From Camelus dromedarius (Eukaryota), in assembly GCF_036321535.1 (NCBI RefSeq), contig NC_087438.1, positions 6,326,001-6,390,000 of the forward strand: a stretch of 64,000 bases of DNA, read 5' to 3'. Every line of letters starts with the position of its first letter. Position 1 is the stretch's first letter. Below are positions 38,345 to 51,308 of the stretch, piece after piece. The position numbers and the translations under genes were made by a program. The notes beneath the pieces are model-generated. The model was not told the origin of the DNA, made no database searches, and worked only from the letters and a program-made list of their open reading frames with translations.

Positions 38345-40863
38345 CTGGAAGCAAATGAGGAGAAAGGAGAAGGCAGGTCAGAGAGCACCCCCGGGGACCA
38401 TGGTCCTCCTCGCAGACCCTGGGATGCAGAGGAAATGCCTTCTAGGGGAAGACTCGAGATCGGTCTCCTGACCACCCCCAGGATAAAGCTGATAAAGCTG
38501 AAGCCAATGAGTGGTGTCCCCTGTGGCTTCTTCATATGGGAACAAACACTTTGGGATAGAAACAAGGGTACTTAGTGGTTATGACACTTGTAATCTTGCC
38601 GGATGGGATTAATTCACCCAGCCACGTTGGGAGTGACGAAGGATTTTGAAGAGCTCTATGTCATGCCTTTAAAATTCCTGGAGGGAAAAAACGTTCTCCT
38701 CCAGCAGAGGGGCTCTCATCACGAGTCTAGCACAGCTCCTTTCCCAAGCACTTGCCCGGTTACTGCAGCGGGCAGTGGGGAACGAGGCTGCTACCTCTAA
38801 TTTTTTTAAGCCCAAGATAGTTGCCATTGTTTGTTATCCTTTAAAAGAATAATTGACTTAAAGTATTTTGCAAGAAATGCCCGTCAGAGACCCTTTGTAC
38901 GTATATATTTTTCAATTTACAAAGCATTTTAAATTCAAAGGGTCAGGGAGAAACATCTGGTGCAGCACTGACCTAGGAGAACTTGAAGCCATGGTTGGGA
39001 ATTCCAGCTGTGCAGAACTGAAGGCTGGGAATGAGGCGCTGTCAGCGTCTGCTGCCCTATTACTAAGGCGTGGAAACAGCTATACATGTTTTTTTGTTAA
39101 AGAAATCTGCGTTTTGAGCTCAGCTACGGTTTCAAAATTTCATGTTAATACTCTAAGCCAATGTTATATCTACTCATCAATTGTTTTTTCCTGAATCAAA
39201 GGAAAAGTCAAGAAACTCCAAAATGGAAATGGCTGCCTTATACTTGTCAGAGAAACACTGAATAGGCAGGTGGTAGACACCATTCTAAAGGCTTTGCAAA
39301 CTCCAGTTCACTCGGTCTTCGTAAGGTAAGGAAATTCACTGATGAGGAAAGTGGGACCCAGACCCACCTGCCCCGAGTCACCCAGCCACTCAATGGGGGA
39401 ATTGGACTTCAACCCCAGGTGGGCTGGCTCTGAAGAGGAACCTTTTGAATTTGTCTCGGTGACAGTTCTGTCTGGACAATATTTAAAAACACCCCCATGG
39501 GCAGGTAAGAGCCTTGAGAGCAGGGACGCGTTCTCCTTCTAGAAGCTGGAGCACAGAGAAGAGGGTTTGGCGAGGAGCATTGTTACCCCCACTGCTGGTG
39601 AGTAAAGTGATAAACGAAAAATATGAACTTATTCATACTGTGAATTTTCCATTTTTTTACATTATTCTCAGAAGAGAAAAACACAGGAAGTCAAAAAGTA
39701 TAAGGAAGAATTAGCCTTCGGACACGTGCCTGGACTTGAGTAAGAGCTAGACGATTCTGTCTGAGCAACAGTGACCGGCGAGATGTACAGGGGGGCTTCT
39801 TCCCCGGGACCAGGTGACCACACCTTGGTCCTGGCTTGGTGACAGTCCAGGGGGAGCATTACATACTAACAAGCTAGAACAATGAACTTTATCCCCATCT
39901 CCCAGTGCAAAGGGATAAACCAAACCTACGAGCATCAGCACCAGAAAGCTTAGCTGGGGCATTTTCAGCTGTCAAGTCAGAGGCAGGTCATAACTGGGAC
40001 CTTGGACTGTCATTCTTTCAATTTGGAGCAAGTCTTGTCAAGAACACAACCACTCCTGGGACGGTAAGAGTAAGGCTGAGACACAACGGGGAGCAGAGGC
40101 GGGAGGTGTTTTGGGTTTAGAGATAGATATATCAGAAAGTTGTTCCCAAGACCTAGTGAGAATAAGGATTTGAGAGAGAGGGAAGCTCCAGCAATCCTGC
40201 TTCTGCTGGTACAGACGCTTTATGTTGGGTGATTTCCAGCACAATGGGCACTTGCAACACTAAACAAATAGTCTGCAAAAGTCTGCAACTTATTTTTGTG
40301 AGTATCTAAACTGACCATTCACCCTCTCAGAATGGCCCAGACACAGAACTTTTGTAACTTTTCAAATTGTTTGACTTTGCCCGGAGATGGGGGAATGAAC
40401 AGCTAAGCTAGCCAAGCTCCCATTGTGTGTAAAATTGGTGTCAGCTGAGCCACTGAACATTCATCTTGTGCAGCCCACACTATTTCTTCAACAAGGTTTG
40501 GGAAAGCAAATCAACTTCAGAAACAATAAATTGATTGTTTTTTAAAGAAACTTACCTAGAGAGAAAATAAGCTCTGGGGTTGAAAACCAGGTTTACAGTA
40601 AAGATTGTCGTGTGGGGTCGGGGTGGGCAGGGAGCCATCCATTTAGTCTTTTCTTTCTAACTTCACATCAGAAAGAAGACTCCTCATGGAGTGAACGTTA
40701 TCATCAGGGGAATATTAACACTTAAGCTCAGCAGTGGGAAGAGTAACAGGGAAGTAAGATGCAGATAAAGTGACTCTTTGGAAATGCAATTCACGGGCAG
40801 GCTTCTGATGCAGGAGAGACGAAAGAGAAAGTTAACAAGACTTGAGAAGCAGAGGAGACATCA

Positions 40864-40979
40864 TAGGGTGACTGACGGTCCCGGTTCACCCAGGACTGAG
40901 AGGTCTCCTGGGATGCAGGGCTCTTTGTAGGGCTAAAACCTGGGCACTCCGGGACAAACCAGGATGGCTGGTCATCCCA
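40864..40979. mobile_element. MER81/MER94-like hAT-Blackjack MITE
   Basis: Imperfect terminal inverted repeats tagggtgactgacggtcccggtt...aaccaggatggctggtcatccc. Confidence 0.7.
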
Positions 40980-41860
40980 TCCACTTTATCAGCACTTGCA
41001 ACCCATCCTGATTCAGATCCTTTACTTTGGATACAAATATCTGGCTTTTGTCCAAACCGTTAGGTCACCAGATGAGAGCTCTCAAAGGTGATGCAAAGCA
41101 GAACCCACGCGGCACCACCCACACCATTCCCACAGCCAGCGCTGAAGCAAGTGGAGCTCAGGGTCCCCGAGCATCAGGGCCACCTGTGATTCCGGGGGCC
41201 GGAGTGTGATCATGTTGAGTCTTAGCACAGCACATCAGCTAGGAAGGGAAGTTAACTGTGGGGTCATGCTACCTTCCGCCAGACAGAGTGAACTGAAGTC
41301 AGGAAACTTCATACACTTGGCCTAGCCCAGAGAGTGTCAGCTGGGAAGATAGGAGTTTTTCCCCACAAGAAACAAAATACTATACTATTTTTTCCAAAAA
41401 TATTTTAAAAGTAGAATCGTCATTTTAGAAATGCCTGAGTTAGCATCTTCTAGAACCATGGCTTGCAGTGTAGCTGTGGGAACGTGAGAATGTGTATTTC
41501 ATACATGAGCAGGGGATCAGGGGAGAGTTACATTATCTCAAAGATCAGACTCCCCTGGCGATGCTGCTGCTTTCATGATGCGAAGATGCATGACTTGTGT
41601 ATAGAAAAAAAAAAAAAAAAGACATCTAATAGGTTCCAGCATTTCAAAAAATGCCCAGAGCACACTCACTGGCAAATCAGGAAGGAAAAATTCACAGAGG
41701 ATAATTTGATGTGGCCATTACATAAGGATCGATCAAAACTTTTTGATTAGCTTAGTTTTCCTAACACCAGTCTTAGAAATCACATCACTTTTTGTAACAT
41801 TTAATTCAGACTCAAAATCTGTTTTGGATGTTAGTCCAGCAAAATAAAAGAGATGACTTT

Positions 41861-41988
41861 AAAAAAAATTTTTTTGGGGGGTGAGGTAGTTAGGTTTATT
41901 GATTTATTGAATGGAGGTACAGGGGATTGAACCTAGGACCTGGTGCATGCTAGGCATGCGCTCTACCCCCGAGCTATACCCTCCCTGC
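41861..41988 (-). mobile_element. Camelid tRNA-derived SINE (Vic-1-like)
   Basis: Minus strand reads gggagggtatagctc...ggttcaatcccc (A and B boxes)...aataaacctaactacc-polyA. 14-bp TSD aaagagat(g/a)acttt at 41847 and 41989. Confidence 0.9.
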
Positions 41989-42094
41989 AAAGAGATAACT
42001 TTTAAAGCAACCTATAAACCTCAAAGGTCAGAGAAGAGTAGATTCATTCGAACAGAGCAGAAGAGCTGGGAAGAAATGATTTCCAGTTACGTAC

Positions 42095-42380
42095 ACATTG
42101 GTGGTAAAGATGCCATAGATCAAATCCAGCTCGGGCAAGAAGAAAGTGCCCTGCAGTTCGTTGTAGTAGAAAGGGACCTCCCCGGGGCGCGAGCAGTTGA
42201 GCCGGGCCTTCATGAACGTGGTCCACGTGTCCTCCAGCAGGAACCGGCCCCCGATGTCGTTCTTGCACACGCGGGCGGCTCGGGAGAACACGGTCTTCCC
42301 ACAGTCATGCTCCACGGCGTTTTCTCGGAAGAAGAAGTAGGTGAAGTTGCCGATGTCGTAGGATGACACAAAGTTGGGTT
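42095..42380 (-). CDS. SEMA5A: Semaphorin-5A exon (286 bp, phase 1-2; approx. exon 9), EPNFVSSYDIG...WTTFMKARLNCSRPG...YGIFTTNV
   Basis: Lies within ORF 42028..42390. Contains Sema motifs ARVCKNDIGG and KARLNCS. Acceptor tttctag, donor GTACGT. Split codons G|AA and GT|G fit both neighbouring exons. Confidence 0.97.
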
Positions 42381-44694
42381 CTAGAAACAACAGGAAAGGA
42401 GAAGAGTCTCAACACCCACTTGCTACTCCTTGGGGTCTTGCCTGATCAGTGTTTCTTCCGAACAGACTGTGCGAAGGAAACCTGACTCTCAAAGAACGAA
42501 CAAGAGGCCTGATGAGTGACTTCATGATCCCGGCCACGGGGTGGAAAGCAGCACACCAGTTCTAAGCGACAGGACATCACCAGCGTGATGCCGCACAGAA
42601 GCATCCTGAGCTACTACTGCAGCCCTTAGGTCCACGCCATTAATACCATCAAACATGGACAGCAAAAGTCTGCAATAGACATTAAAGCCATATATAGCAC
42701 TTGATCTGTATATTCTTTCAAAACCTTCAGAAAGAGAGGGAGCAAATGAGATTAAAAACGTGAAATGTGACTGTGATTCAGAACATAGGAGTCTAGTACC
42801 ATGTTTGTTTGTGTAGAAAACAACAAAATTCTTTGATTTTACTTAGATCCGTGAGCACGACTTTGACACCATTTATGTGCTTTTAGTACGGGCTTTAAAA
42901 ATGTTTTTCATTTGTGCAGACTGAAACAAGAGCTGAAACTCTAAACTGAGTGTTCTGTATTAGCTTTAGCAATGCCTGTTACTATGGTGACCACGTAAAT
43001 GTGATGATCAACTCTTATTTTCTCATTTCTTGGTTTCTGGGGAATCCATTTAGAGGAGAGAATTGTATTGAGAAGGACTCATTGCCTGGAAGGTTTCTGG
43101 TTTCATGATTAGATTAACTAGGGACTTAGAAATGACAAAATTGTGGCAAACCTTTACTTAATCACCAAGCTCATTAGGAATTCAGGAATTTGTTACGGAT
43201 TTTCAACTGAATTTCATATACAGCATTGAAAGTGTTCTCTTCATAATTTCCCATTTGAGTCTATGGATGATAAAGGTGACCCCCTTTCAGACACAGATGT
43301 GCCCTAATACTTACCCTTAAAAACTCTAATAACTACGTTTGATTCTTACTCTTTTCTCTATTGCTAAGAGTTTTCCATTCAGTGAGCAAGTGTCTTCATT
43401 TTATGGTGCAATTAGGGTAATAGGACAATAACCTTTGATGTTCAAAATTAACGGAAAGACATGCACAACAACTGTATCCACAAGGACACATTTCAGGGAC
43501 GATTAGTTCTGGGAGACTATTCACTTGGCCTTGTGCTTTGCCAGATCCAGTCAGGTTGTGCCCATAGCCACGTTATTAGCAGGACAACTGAAAATATGTT
43601 TGGTACAAGATGACCCATTAATGTGAAGCATAAGACCCCCCACAGGCTCACCTAAGCTCTGAAACACGGACGCTGATTCAGAGGCTGACACGGAGGTGGC
43701 ACTGACGACTACTCTGTCCAGGAAGGCTGTTGCCAGTTTTCAACCAAATTCAATGGAATTTCGATCAATATTTGATGTCATCACAAAATGTTTCAATTTA
43801 TCTCAACTTCACACTCTAAAAATGTGACAAATATTCTACACTGCACATGTAACGTGTTCTTCTCCACAGTCCATGACATTGTTCTTAAGTCACTGAAGTA
43901 CATTAATAGAGAGTTAAGTAAGAACTGATTTTAATTTATAAACTGCCAAACAGTGTTTGATCAGTTGCTTTAACTTGAAATGGATATTAAGGAAAAAAAG
44001 CCCTGGATTGCATTAAAATGTATGAGATGAAAGTTAGAAATATTTACTATTCAGTATGTTCTAATATCCTGGAAAGATGCTCCAGAAAACAGGAGGTCAC
44101 ACATCTCTGAGCTGTGTTTTGGGGAATGTAAAGCAAAACGGGGTATTTTTGAATCTGTGTTCACTGTGAGTCTCCCAAAGAGACTTATTCACTGAAGCAG
44201 ACCCCAAAAGCAATGATATGAAACAATGACAAAACTACATTTGTTTCTACAGATAATATCCGCCTGCAGGTCTAATTCTGAAGAGAAGACAGAATCATTT
44301 TAGAATAGGTCCTGCATCCAGCTTCACATACCCAGACTAGTTTGATCATTGTACTGAAACAAACAAAAAACCATCATCACCATCATCCAAACAACAACAC
44401 ACCTCATCTAAAATGAGGAAAACAGGACAGAAGATGCAGGACAGGTGTGTCTGCTACAGCTCCTGACACACCCGGATGAGGGGTGAGGCAGCGTCCACAA
44501 GGTTTATCAAGCACCCTCATGACTACCCACGTCTGCTCTAGCTTGGGGACAAACGGCATGAAAACCACATCGTGAGTGTCTCTAGGATCTCGGAGGTCAT
44601 GAGCAGGAAGCGAGGCGCTGCAAAGGTAGAGATCTGCTGATGTCTTCCAGCTCAAGGCCGATCTATAGTTGCACATCTCTCTGGAGTGCTACTA

Positions 44695-44920
44695 ATAGTG
44701 TGGTGTGAGGCCCCACGCCACATGCTTCCCATCCACACGTTCACTGAACCCACGGGAATCACAGAGGGAGGCGCGGTGTTACTCCTCCTGTTTCATAGAT
44801 GAAGACGCGGAAGCCCAGAGGTTGAGGAATCTGTCCACGTTCACACAACTAGCGATGGGAGTGAGTTATGTCCTGATTCCAGTCTGACCTCAGAGCCTGT
44901 ACACTCGCACCATTACACAA
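44695..44920 (-). mobile_element. MIR SINE
   Basis: gtttcatagatgaagacgcggaagcccagaggttgagg...gtctgacctcagagcc. Confidence 0.7.
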
Positions 44921-44962
44921 CACTGAAGAAATCAGTAAACAACATTCAAGAATAGGACTTGG

Positions 44963-45280
44963 TGGCGGAGGCTAGAGCTCAGGGGTAGATCACATGCTTA
45001 GCATGCACAGGGTCCTGGGTTCAATCCCTAGTATGGCCATTTAAATAAGTAAGTAAATAAACCTAATTGCTACCCGCCAAAAAATGGGAGAGGATATAGC
45101 TCAATGGTAGAATGTCTGCTTAGCATGCATAAGGTCTTGGGTTCAATCTCCAGTATCTCTATTAAAAAATAATAGTAATGATTTTTTAAATAAATAAATA
45201 AACCTAATTACCTCGCCCTAAAACAAAAACAAGCAGAAAAGCAAAAAGCAGCAACAACAACAAAACTAAGTTAAAAAACA
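44963..45280 (+). mobile_element. Two head-to-tail Vic-1-like SINEs (44963-45084 and 45086-45280)
   Basis: Each unit has tagctca-ggtaga (A box), gggttcaatc (B box) and aataaacctaatt. Possible shared TSD ...gacttgg at about 44956 and 45287. Confidence 0.9.
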
Positions 45281-47674
45281 AAACTAGACTTGGAATTCTG
45301 GGCAACGCTTTGGAAACCAACATGGTGAGCGAGGTTTACTCGGGACCTAGATGAGGAGGCTCTGAGGACAGACCAGAGGGGAAGACAGATGCCCAGATGA
45401 ATCTTTTCCTTCCGGCTATTAGAGACATCAGGGATGCCACAGAAAGAGCGAGTGGGAGGAAAAAGGCAACAATCCAAGGGCTTATTAGACAAGAATATTG
45501 TCAGGAGGCGTCCGTCCCAACTTCAGAGATGACGCTTCCAACGGTGCCCACCAGAGCTAGCGGCTCAAGGGTCCCCACCCCGTGCCTACAGCCTGGTCCA
45601 CGGACCAGTCTCCCTCAGATTTCTCATGTGGGGGGTACTGAGTAATGTCAAGCAGACTGGCCCACAGTTTGCTCCGTCCACAGAGAGCCTCCAACATCTC
45701 TCCAAACCACTTTTATGATAGGTTGACATAGAGCTTTTTAGCTTTCTAGAAATGCTCAAATGTATTTTTTTTTTTTTTTAGCTTTTTAGCTTTCCAGAAA
45801 TGCTCAAATACACTTTTCCCCCACTGGGAAAACAAGGGAAGAATCTGTGCCCAGCATGTCGTATATGTGTGACTCTAACTCACCATGTATTGCAGGCTAT
45901 TTTAGTTGGGGAACTAAACGACACTTGGAAACACACCCTACAGCCTCACAGAGGTCCTGCAAGATGACGATGGGCCCTGACTGTGTGACCTGCTGTCACA
46001 CCAGGAAGCTCCAGAGCCTTCTGAACCTCAGCCAGCATCCTGTTCCTTTTCCAAAGAGGTCAAAAGCGGGAATAATTGTTAAATAGATGGCCAAGGAGCT
46101 ATTCCATCCATAGGTAGGTAGGGGGTGTTCGAACCTCACCAGGCAGGATAATAAGATGCATAGGGTTTCCCTTCCATTATTTAAGCTCTGTTAAAATGCA
46201 GTCCATCACAAGCTAGTATTTGTCACTCCTGAGTGAACTGAACAAGTCATAAGTCAGTGGCCTTCTTGCCCACAATGAATGTGAGTGTGTGAGAGAGAGA
46301 TCCCTCGTTCATTATTGTTAGAGCTACAAATGAATAGAAGGTACTGCTAATTCAGAATAAAAACAGACATGAGAACACATCAAGCTTATTATAAACCTAT
46401 GACGGAGAAGCTGTTTTTTCCTTATGTTGGTAAAACACACTGAGTTATAGATTACAGAGGATTCTACAAAATGTGTCTTGTTATAAGAATTACGTTTCAT
46501 GATACAAAAACTTTTATTTTGCATGTTTACCTACATTAATGGTGACCATGAAGACGGGAGTACTGTGAAAGGACCCATGATATAAATAAACGTGCCTAAT
46601 GAGAAGAACGAAAGTATCTGCATTTTTGAGAAGATTTTGACCTTGGAAAACCAAACACTGAGCGTCCGGATGGACCACCCACTCCCTCGTCTTCCTCTTC
46701 CTACTCGTCAGTCTATGTTCAACGGTTCAATCTCATGATTGACCAGACCACTGAAGAGAAATATCTGTCTAAATTGATGAGAACGGACATCAAAGACAGG
46801 AAGGAATTCTAATTTTCCAACTTTACAAAAAATCTTACTTAGAATCAAAATCTATCATAAGTTTTTTTTTTTTTTTTTTGCAACCAAAGGACACCTTGAG
46901 ATACCCTTGCTGAAGGCAGACTGGAAGACGGCGGGGGTAGAGCTTGTGTGGGATGTGGCTCTGCCTGTAGTCCAGCTTGAAGCCCCGGGCTGGACCACTC
47001 AGACCCAGAATACACCTTCATCCTGTAGGACAACTCGGTGCACAAAAGACCTGCTTTGCTGTGAGGATTAGACAGACCTGCACAAGGTGCACCCCAATAA
47101 AGGAGGACTGTAAGTTTTATTTCATGATTTACTTTGATTTCCCTTTTAATAATTTATATTTAGTAGAACTTCACATGATAATGAACACTCAAACATGCAT
47201 ATATTAAAAGCTGAAAGGTGATCAAAAGGTGATCAAACAGCCAGACATTTCACAAATAAGGAGTTCATGGATACAGTCCTTAGACACGACACTCAGTGAG
47301 TCAGAGGGCTTCAGTTTCCTAGTTTATTGATGTCAGTCACCATCAGGACCATCTCTGTGTGTATTCCTAGATTTCAGACCCTCCTTACTGCACACGTTGT
47401 TTTGGCGATATGAAAATGTGCTGCAGAGGGTTCCAAAGTTAAGCTAATTTCATTTAGGTATTTATTAAGAATGGGTAAATTAAAGTACAATTAAATGAAG
47501 TAAAAAGTGGCTTAAGAGCCGTTAATGTACTGAAGTTTGTTCCCTACGATTTCTAATAAAAGATAAAAGGTAGATGATACATACATAGATAAGCAGACAG
47601 ACAGACAGATGGATGGACATACGTGTGTGTGATGTACATACGTCTGGTATTGAGGTCTATGTATATATGGCTCA

Positions 47675-47825
47675 ATACTTCCATCTACTGGCTGTATGAA
47701 CTTAGTCAATTGTTTACCAGCACACACTCTCAGTTTCCTCCTTTCAAAGTGGTGATGACAACACCCAGTATTCAGTATCGCGGTAAGAGTCGACGGCAGT
47801 GAATGCAAGTGCCTGCCACTTGGCT
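47675..47825 (+). mobile_element. MIR SINE
   Basis: tactggctgtatgaacttagtcaa...ctcagtttcctcct. Confidence 0.6.
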
Positions 47826-48880
47826 GCTAATCATCAAAACATAGATCCCTCTTGATTCACATATGTAAATTAGTCTATAAATAGCAAATATATAAATTAA
47901 TAATAAATGTATAAATTAGTACAAATGCACCTGTTGGTAAACAGGTCATCAGTATTTCTTTAACAAGCTAATCCATTACCTTTGCGTTCTGTATATCAGA
48001 TTAGAGTCTATGTTCCTTTCAGTGGGTCTGGAACCAAACACAGTGGAGGGTCCGTGTTAGAGACGAAGGCTTTAATGCTGGCCAGGGTCCTCTCCATCGT
48101 CAGGGACTGACTGATCACCTGCTGCGGGGACTGTCCTGGGCCCTGGGGATCCCACAGCCCACACCCTCAAGGCCAGTGTGAGGAAACAAACACGACACAG
48201 ACCAACAAGTAATCGCAGTGATGATGAGGACAATGGGGGCCAAGGACAGCAAAGAGAAGTCAAGAATCAGAAAGGAGGGGCTCTGGGGAAGGACAGATGT
48301 GGGGTTGGAAGGGGCCCCAGGCCAAGCATGGGACAGAGAGAGTGGCCTGAGACTGCTAATGCCGAGACTCTAATGTTGGCCAGGGGAGGTGTGACGCTAG
48401 TCTGGGCACAAAGGGATCAAAGGGACAGGTGGTTGGTTGAAGGCCAGGCCAGGGCAGCAATTCATAGTGAGGAATTTGGAGTTCAACTGCCACTGGAGAG
48501 ACACTGAGACCTTTAAAGACAAGCGTATGACCCAGATTCCCATGTGTGTGCACGGAGGTCGTGGTGGCCAGGTGAGGCTGGGGGTGGGACTGGCCCAGTG
48601 TGTCCTCACTGACACAGCAACACGGGCCCTGCAGCCCAGGCCCTTCCCTTACTGAACAGCTGGCAGAAGGAAAGTCACAGCTAAAACACAGCAGGAGGAC
48701 TAGACGTGGGGTCCCAGCAGCCGCATGTGGTTCCTTCCTTCTTCATGGGAATGTGCCCTGTTGAAAGCATGTGATTTACATGAAGTTGCTGATTCAAACA
48801 GGAGCAACTTGTACCACGTGGGCACAGACTGTGTCCTCCTGAATGAGAACTGCCACCTGTACATGAGCATGAAACCCTAG

Positions 48881-49025
48881 GCGGGAAGGGTATATAGCTC
48901 AGGGGTAGAGCGCACGCTCAGCACCCAAGAGATCCCGGGTTCAATCCCCCGTAACTCCTCCAAGCAGAAATCAATGAAGACACCTAATTACCTCCCCTCA
49001 GAAAAGGAACAATACAAGCGAACAG
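48881..49025 (+). mobile_element. Vic-1-like SINE, diverged and GC-shifted
   Basis: tatagctcaggggtagagcg...gggttcaatcccc...cctaattacctcccc. Confidence 0.88.
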
Positions 49026-51238
49026 GAAACTCACAGCCCAAAGTCTTCACCTCGGATTCTCCTCTCTCTGTGTCTACAGGAGCTCCATTAACTGGCTGTC
49101 TGTCTACCTGTTCGAGCTCATAGGGACAGAGAGACAGCCTTCCCGAGTCTGCTCCCTCTCCATCCCAGGCACACAGCCTCTGGCAGCCTTGCCGATCTCC
49201 TGTAAGGTTCTACCAAGTCACACCCTCCTAGGCTCGATTAGTGACAAGTAATTTCAGGCCTATGTATTTCTGAACATTTTCAAAGCAGAAAGTTTCTACT
49301 GACCATGTTCATTTTTTCCTGATTATATTTTAAAGGTATAGGTTCACTTCTTTTAGGAACCAGTCATTTAACCTGCAGAATCCTAAAACTTAGGAGTTTT
49401 CTTAATTGGATTAGTAACTTTAATTCAAAGATCTTGGAACTACTTTAATGCCTATAAAATAGTTTTAAAGACTAAGACGAGACCATGTAAGACTTAATTG
49501 AAAAAAGATACTGGACTCCAACATTATGCAGTTAGAATAAGCAAACTTATGTGAGGGCTCGGTCTTTGTCTCTTGAGCTGATCTGGGCCAGGGCAGGACA
49601 GAAGACGAAAATACCGAGGAATGACACTATCCAAGCATGCAGCAGTGAACGGAAAATTGTGAGAGGCCACTGGCTGAAGGAAAACAAAGAGTTTAATAGA
49701 ATAATACGGAGACAACTTTGCTGAAACACAGAGAAGTGAGTATCTTATAAACAAGATGACAATATGATTTATGGTCCAAACTGGAAAACCTTTGAGAGGC
49801 AAAGGCAGCAATGTTAATTATCATGCCAGTTGCCAGGAGTGATCCAGGACTGTTACCAGGGAAGTGCTATGATCTCTGGATAATGAACATGAAACTGTTC
49901 CCTGAGTGGTTACGTAACCACAGCAAATTTCTACATAATAGGTTGTATTCTCAATAAGGGGGCATATCTTCTTTGTGTGGATTTTTTTTATTTTGGATGC
50001 AGGTCTCCATATGATTTAGTGTATACAGTTGGTACCTTTGGCTTCATAATATCTTGGTGGGGGAAGGAAGGGTGGATTCACTTGTTCTCTGTTGAGATAT
50101 GCAAACTGAAAGTCCAAACGACTTATTGGCAAGTATAGAGTCTTCACCACAAGACTGAAGGGATTTTGTGTCTAGCTAACTTTCAGGAACTCAGCACTCA
50201 ATGACCAGGACAGAACTCAACACTATTTTCCAAGAGCACCACAAGAATCGATCCCTTCCTGCTCCCTACCAAACGTGTCTGCTCACAAAGGGCAGAGTTA
50301 AATAACCCCATAAGCTCTTCTGCTTTGGGTTTAACCACCCAGGTCATTCCACCTCCTTTGTCGAGCTTTCACCAATCCAGAAAACACCCACCACCTTTTC
50401 CCAAGTTGCCATATCCATCTTCCAAGGCAACATGTGCATAAAAGTGTGGACATCAGGAGACAGATGGAAGCAGCTTATGAAGTCGCTATTTCCGAAGATG
50501 TTGGCTAAACAAAGGGGATGCTGGGAGCCCGTAGGAGGGGAAGGATCTGTTCACAAATCCTAGCTCGTGTACGCATCAGCTGTGCGGCCCTGTTCAGGTG
50601 GCTGATCCCTCTGACCCCAGTCTGTTCATCTGTAAATGAGGACAATGTCATCTCCTTTGGACAGCTGTGCAGAGGATTCCAGATGACACATATGTGGAGT
50701 CTCCCATCTCCCTGGAAAGTTGTAAACAGCCACCATGACTCCTCCTTGCACCAGGAGTAACTGGAGGGACCAGAGACTCCAATGTGAGCACGGACCGGCA
50801 GATGGCAGGCAGGGAAGCCATTTATGTAAGCTCTTTCCTGATCCTATAAAGATCATTGGGTTATAACACAGTTTCCAAAATGCATCCGTCCCCCAGAAGA
50901 CAGACAATTCTGCCCAGTGCCCTCTGTCTGATAGGCTTGATCAAGCCCGAGAATGAGAAAAGGGCAGCTTGTCATGTCGGGTCGCACATCACACAACTTT
51001 GCTCCCATGCTCCAAGTCCGTGTCCCATCACTCGGGCAGATTTAAAGTTCCTGAGTCAGCTGTCAGGGTGCAGCCCCTCAGCTGCAGCACAGAGTCCACT
51101 GATCCCAGTGATACCTCTCTGTGAGCATCTCCTCAGATGCTGGCTGATAAAATGCAAAATGAGGCTGCTGACTGTGCAGTCCTGACTTCAGTCCCGGTGT
51201 TACTGAGCTTCTTTCCCTTGATAAACATTTAGATTTCC

Positions 51239-51241
<3 letters not shown>

Positions 51242-51296
<55 letters not shown>

Positions 51297-51308
51297 TATA
51301 TGTATGTA
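51242..51308. repeat. (TA)n microsatellite, about 22 units, with CA/TG tail
   Basis: Directly visible. Confidence 0.95.

Noticed and set aside
41911..42366. 151-aa + strand ORF, and similar ORFs at 38156..38575, 30621..30944 and 3487..3978
   Set aside because: Antisense shadows of GC-rich SEMA5A exons. The first one starts inside a SINE.
44963..45155. tRNA-like sequences with A and B boxes (also at 41920-41985 and 48885-48955)
   Set aside because: SINE heads followed by the shared aataaacctaattacc tail. They are mutated and are not tRNA genes.
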